Shown here one piece after another: positions 1 to 9,623 of a stretch of DNA of 64,000 nt; position 1 is the first letter of the stretch, and the number at the start of each line of letters is the position of its first letter. Below the pieces are notes generated by a model. It made no database searches. It saw only the letters and a list, made by a program, of their open reading frames with translations, and was not told the DNA's origin. Source of the stretch: an uncultured Actinomycetes bacterium (GTDB taxonomy: Bacteria > Actinomycetota > Actinomycetes > Streptosporangiales > Streptosporangiaceae); assembly GCA_963798675.1 (NCBI GenBank), contig CAWCUJ010000046.1, positions 55,390 through 119,389 of the forward strand, given 5' to 3'. Made by a program: the position numbers and the translations under genes.

Positions 1-1110
1 GGCCGGGTCGGCACCCGGGAGGAGTTCTGACAGGCGCAGAAGCTGGTCGCCGACGGCCTCGTAGTCGTCGTCGATAAGCGCCCAAATGAGAATAGCGATC
101 CGCCGCCGCTCGCTGGGGTCAAGCCGCCCGAACATGCCGAAATCGATGAAGCCGATCCGGTTACCGGGCAAGAACAGCAGGTTGCCGGGGTGGGGGTCGG
201 CGTGGAAGAGCCCGAACTGGAAGACCTGGCGCAGCATGGCCGCGGCGCCAGCGCGCAGCCCCGCCGCGGGGTCGAGGCCGGCCCGGCGCAGGTCGGCGGC
301 GGGCGCCGGCGGCAGTCCCTCCAGGAATTCGGTGGTCAGCACGCGCGCCGAGCTCCGGTCGCTGATGACGGTGGGGATCACGATCCGGTCATCCTCGGCG
401 AACAGCTGCCGCAGCCGCTCAGCGGTGCGCGCCTCATGCCGGAAGTCGAGCTCGCGCCGGGTGTACTGTGCCAGCTCGGCCACCGCCTCGGACGGCCTGA
501 AGGCAATCGAGCCCGGCTGGTGCCGCTCGAAGCGGCGGGCCAGCGTGGTGAGCAGCGCAAGATCTCGTTCCACCTGCACCCTGATGCCGGGGCGCTGCAC
601 CTTCACCGCCACTTGGCGGCCATCGCGGAGTCGCGCCCGGTGCACCTGCGCCAGCGACGCTGCGGCGAAGGGGTCCCGGTCAAATTCGGCGTAGAGCGCG
701 CAGGGCGGCGCACCGAGCTCGGCCTCGACGATGGCCGCCGCCTCCGCCGCCGGGAAGGGTGCGGCGTGGGTGTGCAGGCCACGCAACGCTTCGGCGTACT
801 CCAGCGGAACATAGTCTGGCCGCAGTGCGAGCATCTGCCCCGCCTTGACAAACGTCGGCCCGAGCCTTTCAAGCGTCAGCCGCAGCCGTTCGGGCAGCGG
901 AACGTCCCCTGCCAGATGGTGCGGGCACTGCGTGCCCGGCCGGAATGCGCAGACCAGGCGGCAGCGGGGGGAGACGCACGCCCTCAGGCCCAGGGCCTGA
1001 ACAAACCAGCCGAAGCCGCTCGCGGACAAGATCGTGGCGATCTCCACGGCGCGCGCCAGCTGTGCGGCGACCGCACCGGGACCGCCCCCGAGCCCATTCC
1101 CCGTCCTCAC
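1..1110 (-). CDS. ABC1/UbiB-family atypical kinase, partial (3' end runs off the left edge)
   Basis: Minus-strand frame translated by hand; it is absent from the ORF track because it has no stop in the window. It contains LGPTFVKAGQMLALRPDYVP, ASLAQVHRA, VAVKVQRPG and HADPHPGNLLFLPGNRIGFIDFGM. An in-frame GTG near 1110 is the candidate start. Confidence 0.75.
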   Translation of the reverse strand, partial: MRTGNGLGGGPGAVAAQLARAVEIATILSASGFGWFVQALGLRACVSPRCRLVCAFRPGTQCPHHLAGDVPLPERLRLTLERLGPTFVKAGQMLALRPDYVPLEYAEALRGLHTHAAPFPAAEAAAIVEAELGAPPCALYAEFDRDPFAAASLAQVHRARLRDGRQVAVKVQRPGIRVQVERDLALLTTLARRFERHQPGSIAFRPSEAVAELAQYTRRELDFRHEARTAERLRQLFAEDDRIVIPTVISDRSSARVLTTEFLEGLPPAPAADLRRAGLDPAAGLRAGAAAMLRQVFQFGLFHADPHPGNLLFLPGNRIGFIDFGMFGRLDPSERRRIAILIWALIDDDYEAVGDQLLRLSELLPGADPA

Positions 1111-1534
1111 AGCACCTCCTGCCCCCAGACCTGGCATCCGCTTCCCGTTACCTGGCGTACGTGCCCGCCAGGCAGCCGGCTCTGGTGGCCCGTATCCCCG
1201 CGCCAGCTGCGTCCACGCCTCGCCATGGCCGCCCTGCCATCCTGACATGCCAGTCAGCGGCCCCGCGACGCCCGTATTGAGGGCCTGCAGGCCCTCCGCC
1301 TGTCCGCTGGCCCGCCGCCGCCTGCCATCTGCCATCCACGCCAGAGCATTTCCGCAGCTCAGAGAACTTAAGAACAACCGCATCCAGAGCCGCGGGAATC
1401 GCTCTCTCCCTGCGTTCGCGCAGGTGAGAGGGCTGACTGGTCTCCGTCAGGGTGATGGTCAGGGGCAGGATCGAACTGCCGGCCTTCAGCTTTTCAGCCC
1501 GGCGCGCGGCCATGCCGCCTGGTATCACTGGCTC

Positions 1535-1819
1535 GTGGAAACGGGTCCGGTGTCCTTCGCGGTGGTTCCCATAGACAAGCCCGCCGACATGAACGTCATC
1601 ATCGGCCAGGCGCACTTCATCAAGACCGTCGAAGACCTGCATGAGACGCTGGCCGGAGTGAGCCCGCATCTGCGGTTCGGCCTGGCGTTCTGCGAGGCCT
1701 CGGCTGCGCGGCTCGTGCGCCGCTCCGGCAACGATGACGAGCTGACCCGGCAGGCGGCAGCCAACGCGCTGGCGAGCCCAACAGCTCAAACCACGCCAAA
1801 TATTTGTGCGGCTAGGTGA
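1535..1819 (+). pseudogene. Adenosine-specific kinase family (PF04008-like) gene, apparently 3'-truncated
   Basis: The inner part of ORF 1034..1819 reads VPIDKPADMNVIIGQAHFIKTVEDLHETLAGVSPHLRFGLAFCEASAARLVRRSGNDDELTRQAAANAL. An unrelated tail and a stop follow exactly where GC drops (about 1790). Family members are longer, from memory about 160 aa. Confidence 0.5.
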
Positions 1820-2225
1820 TCTGTGGTTAGGCGAGAGACTCGCGCGGATTATCCGTTATATTGGCAGGCGGGATCCGTGTCGGCAGGCGAGCTCGCAGGC
1901 AGTACACGCGTTGCTTGTATTCGAGGGGAATGAACGGAGCGCAGTAGCACTGTACGTTCATTCTCGCTATGAGCATAAACGTGGTTCCTGCGGGATTCCG
2001 AGTCTGGCGGTAATGTCCGTGAATGTCTATACTGCGGTGGCTGCATACCCACTTATCGATGAGACCACCCACGCCCGGCACTTGCCGCACATTCCTGATT
2101 CTCGCGCCTCGGGCGGCAGCCCGCCGGTAACATATGGTTTCTCATGCGTAGCGGACTGCTTATCCGGCTGATCAGGTTCGAGCTGGCGGGATGCTGTCTT
2201 AATCTTCGCCGGTACGCTACGGAGC

Positions 2226-3707
2226 GTGGCTGAGCAGAATATTCCGCAGCAGGTGCGGGTGCGCCTCGGCAAGCGAGATCGCCTGCTTGAGTCGGGCGCT
2301 GAACCCTATCCAGGTGGCTTTGAGCGAACCGCGACCGCAGCTGAGTTGCACGCGAGGCACGGCGATCTGCGGCCGGACACGTCCACCGGTGAGGTGGTGA
2401 GCGTCGCCGGGCGTGTGATGCTGTCCCGGGTCGGCGGCAGATTGTGTTTCGCGATGCTGCGTGACGGTACCGGCGATATCCAGGTGATGGTCTCGCTCGC
2501 CGGGGTTGGTGAGGAGCGGCTGGCGGCCTGGAAGCGCGACGTCGACCTCGGCGACCACGTGGGCGTGACCGGCGAGGTGATCACCTCGCGGTCGGGTGAG
2601 TTGTCGGTCCTGGCCTCGTCGTGGACGCTGACCGCGAAGTCGCTGCGCCCGCTGCCGGAGAAGTTCCGCGGCCTGACCGATGCTGAGTCGCGGGTGCGGC
2701 AGCGGTACGTGGACCTGATCGTCAACCCGGGAGCGCGGCGGTCCGCCGAGCTGCGCGCGGCGGTTATGCACTCGATCCGTTCCCAGCTGAACGAGCGCGG
2801 CTTCCTCGAGGTGGAGACCCCGGTCCTGACCCCGCTGCACGGCGGGGCGAACGCGCGGCCTTTCCTGACCCGCTCGAACGCCTATGACAGCCGGGTGTAC
2901 CTGCGGATAGCGCTGGAGCTGTATCTCAAGCGGCTGGTCGTCGGCGGGATCGAGCGGGTGTATGAGATCGGCCGGATCTTCCGCAACGAGGGCGCCGACG
3001 CCACGCACAACCCCGAGTTCACGATGCTCGAGGCGTACGAGGCGTACGGCGACTACACCACGATCGGGGAACTGACCCGGCAGCTGGTGCAGGAAGCGGC
3101 GGTCGCGGCCTTCGGCTCCACGGTCATCAGGCGGGCCGACGGGTCGGAGCACGACATCGGCGGGGACTGGCCCAAGGTAACGGTGTACGACGCGATTGCC
3201 GCGGTGGCGGGCGAGGAGGTGACCGCCGATACGGCCGGGGCCGGATTGCGTAAGCTGTGCCAGCGGCTCGACGTGCCGGTAGCGCCGGGCTGGAACCGGG
3301 GCCAGATCGTGCTGGAGATGTACGAACGGCTCGTGGAGAAGCGAACCATACAGCCCACCTTCTACCAGGACTTCCCGGTCGAGGTATCGCCGCTCGTCCG
3401 CCAGCACCGGTCCGACTCACGGCTTGCCGAACGGTGGGACCTTGTCGCGTTCGGCGCCGAGCTGGGGACCGGGTACTCCGAGCTAGCCGATCCGGTGGTG
3501 CAACGTGCCCGGCTGACCGCGCAGTCACTGCTCAAGGCGGGTGGTGACCCGGATGCGATGGAGCTCGACGAGGACTTCCTGCGCGCCCTGGAGTACGGCA
3601 TGCCCCCGACCGGGGGAATGGGCATGGGCATCGACCGCCTGCTGATGACGCTCACCGGCGAGAACATCCGCGAGACGCTCCTGTTTGCCTTCGTCCGCCC
3701 CGAGTAG
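2226..3707 (+). CDS. lysS: Lysine--tRNA ligase, class II
   Basis: 493-aa ORF with an OB-fold N-terminus and class II core (FLEVETPVL, YLRIALELYLKRLVVGGIERVYEIGRIFRNEG, GMGIDRLLM). Confidence 0.95.
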   Translation: MAEQNIPQQVRVRLGKRDRLLESGAEPYPGGFERTATAAELHARHGDLRPDTSTGEVVSVAGRVMLSRVGGRLCFAMLRDGTGDIQVMVSLAGVGEERLAAWKRDVDLGDHVGVTGEVITSRSGELSVLASSWTLTAKSLRPLPEKFRGLTDAESRVRQRYVDLIVNPGARRSAELRAAVMHSIRSQLNERGFLEVETPVLTPLHGGANARPFLTRSNAYDSRVYLRIALELYLKRLVVGGIERVYEIGRIFRNEGADATHNPEFTMLEAYEAYGDYTTIGELTRQLVQEAAVAAFGSTVIRRADGSEHDIGGDWPKVTVYDAIAAVAGEEVTADTAGAGLRKLCQRLDVPVAPGWNRGQIVLEMYERLVEKRTIQPTFYQDFPVEVSPLVRQHRSDSRLAERWDLVAFGAELGTGYSELADPVVQRARLTAQSLLKAGGDPDAMELDEDFLRALEYGMPPTGGMGMGIDRLLMTLTGENIRETLLFAFVRPE

Positions 3708-4002
3708 CGCACACGGACCCGTAATACCAGCTTGGAAAATCGGTAAATGGCTAAGATGGTGACCTGGGCCAACGTGTGCGACGGGCACCGAGATGCGCAC
3801 GTATCCGGCATGACCCGGGCGCGAAACCGATACGACAGACCCCCGGCCGTACCCGCTCACCCATCTATCTGAGGGCCATGGGCCCGGTGAACACGCCGGC
3901 TCCGCGATAAGGCAACCTCCGCCCCGATCGCAACGCGCCAGATCGACCCGTTCTGTGTTCGAGTAAGCAGTCCTGCCAACGTTCGGCTTGCCGCGCATAG
4001 TG

Positions 4003-4258
4003 GCGGTTATCTTAAGTCCATTTTGGAAAAGCCTTGGTCATGAGGGGGTTTTGCGTCTGAGACATGTCGCTGACGTGAGGTTCTGGGTGCGGCCCAGAAC
4101 TCAAAAGCGCAGCGACAAGGGGATAGGCGCAGGTCACGTGGGTGACATCGCTTCCGGTGCGTCGTAGACACCACTTAAGATAACGCGTCCACCACGCAGC
4201 CCCAAAGGCCCGTAAAGCTACATCGGAGACACCCTAAAGCGGACTTGAGATAACGCGG
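4003..4258. repeat. Inverted/direct copies of a 15-18-nt motif (GCGKTTATCTYAAGT) flanking a structured core; MITE-like
   Basis: gcggttatcttaagtcc lies at 4003-4019. Its reverse complement occurs at 4172-4190 (cacttaagataacgcgtcc) and again at 4241-4258 (ggacttgagataacgcgg). An internal 8-bp hairpin gttctggg/cccagaac sits at 4080-4100. Confidence 0.5.
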
Positions 4259-4505
4259 CACTGCGCCCGCCTGGGACCGGCCTCCGCCGGGCGAGAGCAG
4301 TCACGCCCGGTGCATGCTCTGGCGTGGCTCATGCGCGGACAAAGCCCTGAGCCGGCGGGAGGGCAGGCTCATCGGCTGAATCGTCCCTGACCTCGTGCGC
4401 CTTGTGCGGGTATGGGTGCACTGGGAACGGCCTCGCCCCAGCGCGCCCGTGCAGGAATCCCGGGCGCGGGCCCTGCGTTAGCATGAAATCCAAGGGGGCT
4501 ATGAC

Positions 4506-5057
4506 TTGCTTACGCGTAGGAACAGAAGCGCGGCCGTCGGGCCGGCGCTGGCCCCGCCGTTCGAAGGCCACGGCCCAGACGGAGCCGAGCGCGCGACATT
4601 CGCCGCAGGCTGCTTCTGGGGCGTCGAGGCGGCCTTCCGCCAGATCCACGGGGTGCTGCAGACCGCTGTCGGGTATACCGGCGGGCACGTCCCGGACCCG
4701 GCCTACGAGCGGGTCTGCAGGCACCGCACCGGCCACGCCGAGGCGGTCGAGGTCTGGTTCGACCCGGCCCAGGTCAGCTACGCGCAGCTGCTGCAGACAT
4801 TCTGGCGGATCCACAATCCGACCACCCGCAACCGCCAGGGCTTCGATTTCGGCAGTCAGTACCGCTCGGCGATCTTCTACCATGGCGCTGGCCAGCAAGA
4901 AGCCGCGATCGCATCACGCGACGCCGCGCAGCAATCGGTAAGGCGGCAGATCGTCACGCAGATCACCCCTGCGTCTGCGTTTTACCGGGCCGAGGAGCAC
5001 CACCAGCGTTACCTCGAGAAACATGGCCGGACCAGCTGCGCGGTCACCATCCAGTAA
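4506..5057 (+). CDS. msrA: Peptide-methionine (S)-S-oxide reductase
   Basis: [22 protein letters not shown] and YRSAIFY motifs. The true start may be internal. Confidence 0.9.
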   Translation: MLTRRNRSAAVGPALAPPFEGHGPDGAERATFAAGCFWGVEAAFRQIHGVLQTAVGYTGGHVPDPAYERVCRHRTGHAEAVEVWFDPAQVSYAQLLQTFWRIHNPTTRNRQGFDFGSQYRSAIFYHGAGQQEAAIASRDAAQQSVRRQIVTQITPASAFYRAEEHHQRYLEKHGRTSCAVTIQ

Positions 5058-5392
5058 TACGGGCCTGCGGGTGGCCGCATCTGCCTGGCCCTAGCCCGGG
5101 TTCTCATCATCCTGGAGCATCGGCACCCGCCAGCTGGGGGAGCGACAGAACAGCCACTCGGGCGCGATACGGACAGGCGGCCGGCTGGCAAGGGCTTCCG
5201 CGCATAGCGGCGGCTCTTCGCTCGCAGCGTATGGCGGTAAAGGGACGGTAGAGTGGAGCCCGCCCGGGCAGATTCCCACGGCAGCCCTCGACGACCTGAC
5301 CATGCGAGCGGGCCTGCACATTGCCGCATGAACCATCTCTCAAGATCATCGAATTTGACTCGGTAATTCCGGCTCCGGCGAATCAAGCCGGG

Positions 5393-5989
5393 TTAGTCGC
5401 CATCGTTCTCCCAGGCTTCGAGGCCTTCTCTCACTGCAAGGGCGGCGATCACCAGGGCGGCGGCCGGGTCAGCCCACCACCAGCCAAGCCAGGCGTTCAG
5501 CCCGACGCCCAGCAAGGCGGCACCAGAGGTCAAGGCGCACAACTTGCTTTCGGCCGCGTCGGTAATGAGGGTCTGGCTGCCCAGGGCTTGCCCGGTCCGT
5601 TGCTTCGCCAGCGCCAGCAGCGGCATGACCAGCAGGGCCGCCGCAGTGACGATGAGCCCGGCCGTAGATGCCCCTGGCCGTGCCTGACTGATCAGATCCC
5701 GGATGCTCTCGATGACCAGATATGCAGCGAGAAGGAAGAATGTCACGCCGATGAGGCGGACTGCCTGGTGCTCGCGGTGGCTGCTGCCGCCACGTAGCTG
5801 CCAGATGACAATGGCACCGGCGGCGAACTCGACGACCGAGTCCAGGCCGAAGGCGATCAGAGCGATTGATGAGGTGATGATGCCTGCTGTAATAGCGACC
5901 GCCGCCTCGACGGTCATCCACGCCATGCTCGCGTACTCCAGCCAGAAGCCGCGCCGGGTTAGGCCGTCGCCTTGGTTAGCCGTGCTCAT
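5393..5989 (-). CDS. Short cation-efflux (CDF-like) membrane protein
   Basis: Multi-TM protein from MSTANQGDGLTRRGFWLEY..., with SIALIAFGLDSVVEFAAG and TDAAESKLC. The ORF-track start at 6184 would add a Pro/Gly-rich extension across a poly-G tract, so the ATG at 5989 is preferred. Confidence 0.7.
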   Translation of the reverse strand: MSTANQGDGLTRRGFWLEYASMAWMTVEAAVAITAGIITSSIALIAFGLDSVVEFAAGAIVIWQLRGGSSHREHQAVRLIGVTFFLLAAYLVIESIRDLISQARPGASTAGLIVTAAALLVMPLLALAKQRTGQALGSQTLITDAAESKLCALTSGAALLGVGLNAWLGWWWADPAAALVIAALAVREGLEAWENDGD

Positions 5990-6699
5990 CTGCCCCCTGA
6001 TCTTGTCCGCCGCATCGATTCTGCCCGGTCCTAGTGGTAGGTACTGGGCTGCCTGCGCCGAGTGGCACGTACGGTTCTGAGAGGCCCCGGCGGGGCACGC
6101 GCCGGAGCTACCCGGCCGCGGGGGGGGGGGGGATCTCTGCCGCATCTTGTCTACGGGACTGCCGCATGGAGCCGATCGCTTCATGTACGCGAGCCAGCGT
6201 TGCGCCGTCCCCAGGCGCCGATGAAGGCGAAGCCGCAGGCCATAAAGTCAGGTTCGCCGAGCCGGAACGTCAGCCATCTCTCCGCCCTCACATCTCACGC
6301 ATGCAGCATCACTCGCGCGGCCGGGACTAGGCCTACACGCTAATCGACGCACCAGCGGACCTGCCAGAGCGCGCGGGGCAATTCGTCATGCCGCAGGCCA
6401 CGCCAGAGGCCACTCTCCCTGCCTGATCTGAGTGCCACAGGCGCCCGGCGGCTGAGCCTCCTACGGCGTACAGATCTCAATTGGGCGGGAATGCGCTCGT
6501 GCCATCGACCTGTGATGCCACCGACTCCGGCCGCGGCCGGTCACGGTTCCGGGGAGTGCGACGACCAGACATAGGATCCGCGCTGGGTGATCGCAACCGC
6601 CGATCACCGCTCAGGACGCGCGACACACCGCGGTACCGATCTCGGCGTGTAACCAACTGTGACCGTCACAGGCAGCACCTGTTGCCGTATCGCCGACTC

Positions 6700-7030
6700 G
6701 GAGTGCCCGATGAAGCAGGTCGGCCAAGCGACTGGCTCGCGCAGATCATTCAGCATCGACCTCTCCGTCCCCACGGGACGGCCACGGCCGGGAACCCGGA
6801 GGACCCGTCGCGGATGTTCCGCAACCTGCTCGACAACGCGGTCCGGTACGCCCGCCACCGGGTGCTGATCACCGCCGCCGCCGGGCCGGACGGCCTCGTC
6901 GTCCGGGCCGGCGGCGGCCCCGGCATCCCGGCCGAGGAACGAGAGCGGGTATTCGGCCGGTTCGTCCGGCTGGACGCCAGCAGGGAGCAGGCCAGCGGGT
7001 CGGCGGGCCTCGGGCTAGATCGCGGCCGCG
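6700..7030 (+). pseudogene. Sensor histidine kinase HATPase_c remnant
   Basis: N-box FRNLLDNAVRYA, G1-like GGGPGIPAEERERVFGRFVRLD and G2-like GSAGLGL are present. There is no HisKA or TM part, and the upstream coding signal switches frame. Confidence 0.45.
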
Positions 7031-7204
7031 CCCGGCAAGGTGCCTGGGTAAACGGCCTGGACACTGCACAACGCAGTACGGCACTACACGCCACGAGACT
7101 CCATGTGATCGACGTCACACAGATGTCCCAACCGAAGTCCCAACCAAACGGTTAGGGAAAGCTTCGGTGTCCTGTCAAACCCGCAGGTCACCGGCTATAC
7201 AACG

Positions 7205-7282
7205 TGGGGTGAGCGAGGGGATTCGAACCCCCGACATCCAGGACCACAACCTGGCGCTCTAACCAACTGAGCTACGCCCACC
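7205..7282 (-). tRNA. tRNA-His (GTG)
   Basis: Reverse complement GGTGGGCGTAGCTCAGTTGGTTAGAGCGCCAGGTTGTGGTCCTGGATGTCGGGGGTTCGAATCCCCTCGCTCACCCCA folds as a cloverleaf. It has the extra G-1, a GTG anticodon in the loop TTGTGGT, GTTCGAAT in the T-loop, and an encoded CCA. Confidence 0.9.
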
Positions 7283-7393
7283 ATCGTCACCCGCCGAAAC
7301 AGCCTAGGTAACAGCAGAACGCGCGCTGCCCGGAAGGACATCGCGCGGCTAGCAAAAGTATAGCGTTCCCCGAGCCCTCGCGCGTCACATGCT

Positions 7394-8002
7394 TTAGGTG
7401 CCCGGCTCGGAGTACCGCGCGGCGATCTGCCGCGCGGTCGCCGAATCCGGGCCCGGCTGCGGCACGAACACCGCTTGCCGGTAGTACCGGAGTTCCTGCA
7501 CGCTCTCCCTGATGTCCGCCAGCGCCCGGTGCCCGCCGTGCTTGGCCGGGGAAGCGAAGTACGCCCGCGGGAACCAGCGCCGTGCCAGTTCCTTGATGCT
7601 GGACACGTCGACCATCCGGTAGTGCAGGTAGGCGTCGAGTTCGGGCATGTCACGGGCGATGAACCAGCGGTCGGTGGCGATCGAGTTGCCGCACAGCGGC
7701 ACCTTCCTGGGCTCGGGGACGTGCCCGCGCACGTAGCCGAGCACGAGGTCGCCGGCCTCGGTCACCGTGATCCCGCCGGACAGCTCGGTGAGCAAGCCGG
7801 AGGAGGTGTGCATCTCGCGGACCACGTCCGGCATCGACTCCAGGGCCTCAGCCGGCGGCTTGATGATCAGGTCAATGCCCTCGTCGAGCAGGTTGAGCTC
7901 GCCGTCGGTCACCAGGCACGCGATCTCGATGAGGGCATCACGTTCGATGTCGAGCCCCGTCATCTCGCAGTCGATCCATACGAGCCGGTCATTCATCCTC
8001 AC
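7394..8002 (-). CDS. orn: Oligoribonuclease
   Basis: LVWIDCEMTGLD (DEDD exo I), CGNSIATDRWF and HRALADIRESV. Confidence 0.9.
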   Translation of the reverse strand: MRMNDRLVWIDCEMTGLDIERDALIEIACLVTDGELNLLDEGIDLIIKPPAEALESMPDVVREMHTSSGLLTELSGGITVTEAGDLVLGYVRGHVPEPRKVPLCGNSIATDRWFIARDMPELDAYLHYRMVDVSSIKELARRWFPRAYFASPAKHGGHRALADIRESVQELRYYRQAVFVPQPGPDSATARQIAARYSEPGT

Positions 8003-8096
8003 AGACTATGACTTCGGCCGCCCTGTCCCGCCAGCAAGAACCTTTTTGGGCCGAACGAACCGGGGTGCGTCGCCGCCCAGATGACTGTGTTTGGTC

Positions 8097-8765
8097 TTAC
8101 CGGGCTTGGGATGCGTCCCTATTCCGCTTGATGTGCTCTGGGGTGGCGATGCCCGGCCGCAGCGCGGCATCGGGCTCCGGTTCGCCGAACCTTACCGTGA
8201 CCGGCACCACGCCCGCCCATCGGTCGGTCGCGCAGTCCTCCGGCTCGTCGGACGGGCCGCCGCTGCGGATCTTGACCGAGGCCTCGGTGAGGGGAAGCGC
8301 GAGGACCGAGGTGGCGGCCAGCTCTTTCTTGGTGGGCTGGCGCGCGTAGGACCACTGCCCGGGTGCCAGGTGTTCGGTGATGACCCGGAGCGCCTCCATC
8401 CGCTCGTCAGCCTCGGTGACCAGCCGGGCCACGCCGAAGATCATGGCGCTGCGGTAGTTCATCGAGTGATTGAACACCGACCGGGCGCAGACCAGCCCGT
8501 CCAGGTGCGTGATGGTGACGCAGACCTCTTGGCCGCCGCCCGCCACGAAGGTCGCGTTCGCCGACGACCCGTGCAGGTAGAGGGCGTCGCCGAGACGACC
8601 GTACGCGGTGGGGAGCACGCGCGGCACGCCGTCGGCGATGACCCCGAGGTGGCAGATCAGGCCGCCGTCAAGCACCGCGTAGAGGTCGTCGCGGTCGGTC
8701 CGGCCACGCTCGTTGTGCCGTCGCAGCACGGTGCGCGGCGTGCTGGAGAGGTCAGCAGGGCTCAC
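8097..8765 (-). CDS. Pyridoxamine 5'-phosphate oxidase-family (FMN-binding split barrel) protein
   Basis: HNERGRTDRDDLYAVLDGGLICHLG...LYLHGSSANA...SMNYRSAMIFG. The ORF-track start 8831 overlaps the upstream gene, so the internal GTG at 8765 is preferred. Confidence 0.7.
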   Translation of the reverse strand: MSPADLSSTPRTVLRRHNERGRTDRDDLYAVLDGGLICHLGVIADGVPRVLPTAYGRLGDALYLHGSSANATFVAGGGQEVCVTITHLDGLVCARSVFNHSMNYRSAMIFGVARLVTEADERMEALRVITEHLAPGQWSYARQPTKKELAATSVLALPLTEASVKIRSGGPSDEPEDCATDRWAGVVPVTVRFGEPEPDAALRPGIATPEHIKRNRDASQAR

Positions 8766-8796
8766 GATACTTACGGTACGCCTGCCGCCCCTGCGG

Positions 8797-9507
8797 TCAG
8801 ACAGCTGCCGCCTGCAGGCCCGAGATCTCATGGGCGGTGCGCGGGCCTAGGCGGATGTGGGCGCCGCTGGTCCGGGCGGGCTCGGGCAGCTCGCGGGTGA
8901 TACGAACGTCGAGGCGAGTGAGCTGGTCGATATCGATGCCGCCTGGGCCGAGGTTGTCGCACTCGGGTACTTGGGAGGCGCCGTAGTGGCCGCCGCGAGC
9001 CCACAGCGCCCGGCTGCGGGGCCTGGCCAGCTGCCGGAACGGGGCCGGCTGCCCGGCCGGCCAGCGCCGCGGGATCTGCCATGAGTCCAGCCAGCCGAGG
9101 ATCGCGGCTAGCCCGATCATCTGGTAGCTCGTGAACGGCTCCCGGGGGGAGCCGAGCACCCCGATCTGGACGCACAGCCTGCCCTCGCGGTTCACGCCCG
9201 CGGGGTGGGACGGCAGCCGGTCCGGCGCGTAGTCCAGGTACTCGGGCATGCCAAGTGCGCAGCCTGCCCGGACGATCGGCATTAGCTGCGCGATGTCACC
9301 AGTCATCGGGTCCCACACCAGGTGAGTTGACCGGTTCTCCTGGTTGAGCCGCTGCGCGGCCGACCAGGCCGATACGACGCGCGGGTCGGCGCCTAGCGTC
9401 AGCCAGACCACCCGCGGTGCTCCACCCCCGAGTTGCCCCCCGTCGGTCTCGGCTCGGATGCATCTGGCGCCCGGCATCCACGCGTCAGCCACAGGGTTGC
9501 CTCCCAC
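8797..9507 (-). CDS. Hypothetical protein, possibly peptidoglycan amidase-like
   Basis: 236-aa ORF. HLVWDPMTGDIAQL, CVQIGVLG and GGHYGASQVPECDNLGPGGIDIDQL loosely recall Amidase_2 endolysin blocks. The function is not established. Confidence 0.55.
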   Translation of the reverse strand: MGGNPVADAWMPGARCIRAETDGGQLGGGAPRVVWLTLGADPRVVSAWSAAQRLNQENRSTHLVWDPMTGDIAQLMPIVRAGCALGMPEYLDYAPDRLPSHPAGVNREGRLCVQIGVLGSPREPFTSYQMIGLAAILGWLDSWQIPRRWPAGQPAPFRQLARPRSRALWARGGHYGASQVPECDNLGPGGIDIDQLTRLDVRITRELPEPARTSGAHIRLGPRTAHEISGLQAAAV

Positions 9508-9623
9508 TGTAGAACGGTCTAGACCTTCTAGCTCCCTTTCACCTGCTTACGTCACCATTGGTGATTAGTCCATAGGTGGCACGTTAAGATTTGCGTTCCA
9601 CACGTTCTACGATTCGGTAGATC

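Noticed and set aside
1820-2225. T-box or lysine riboswitch leader in front of lysS
   Set aside because: No T-box consensus (GGTGGTACCGCG-like) and no L-box core motifs are visible.
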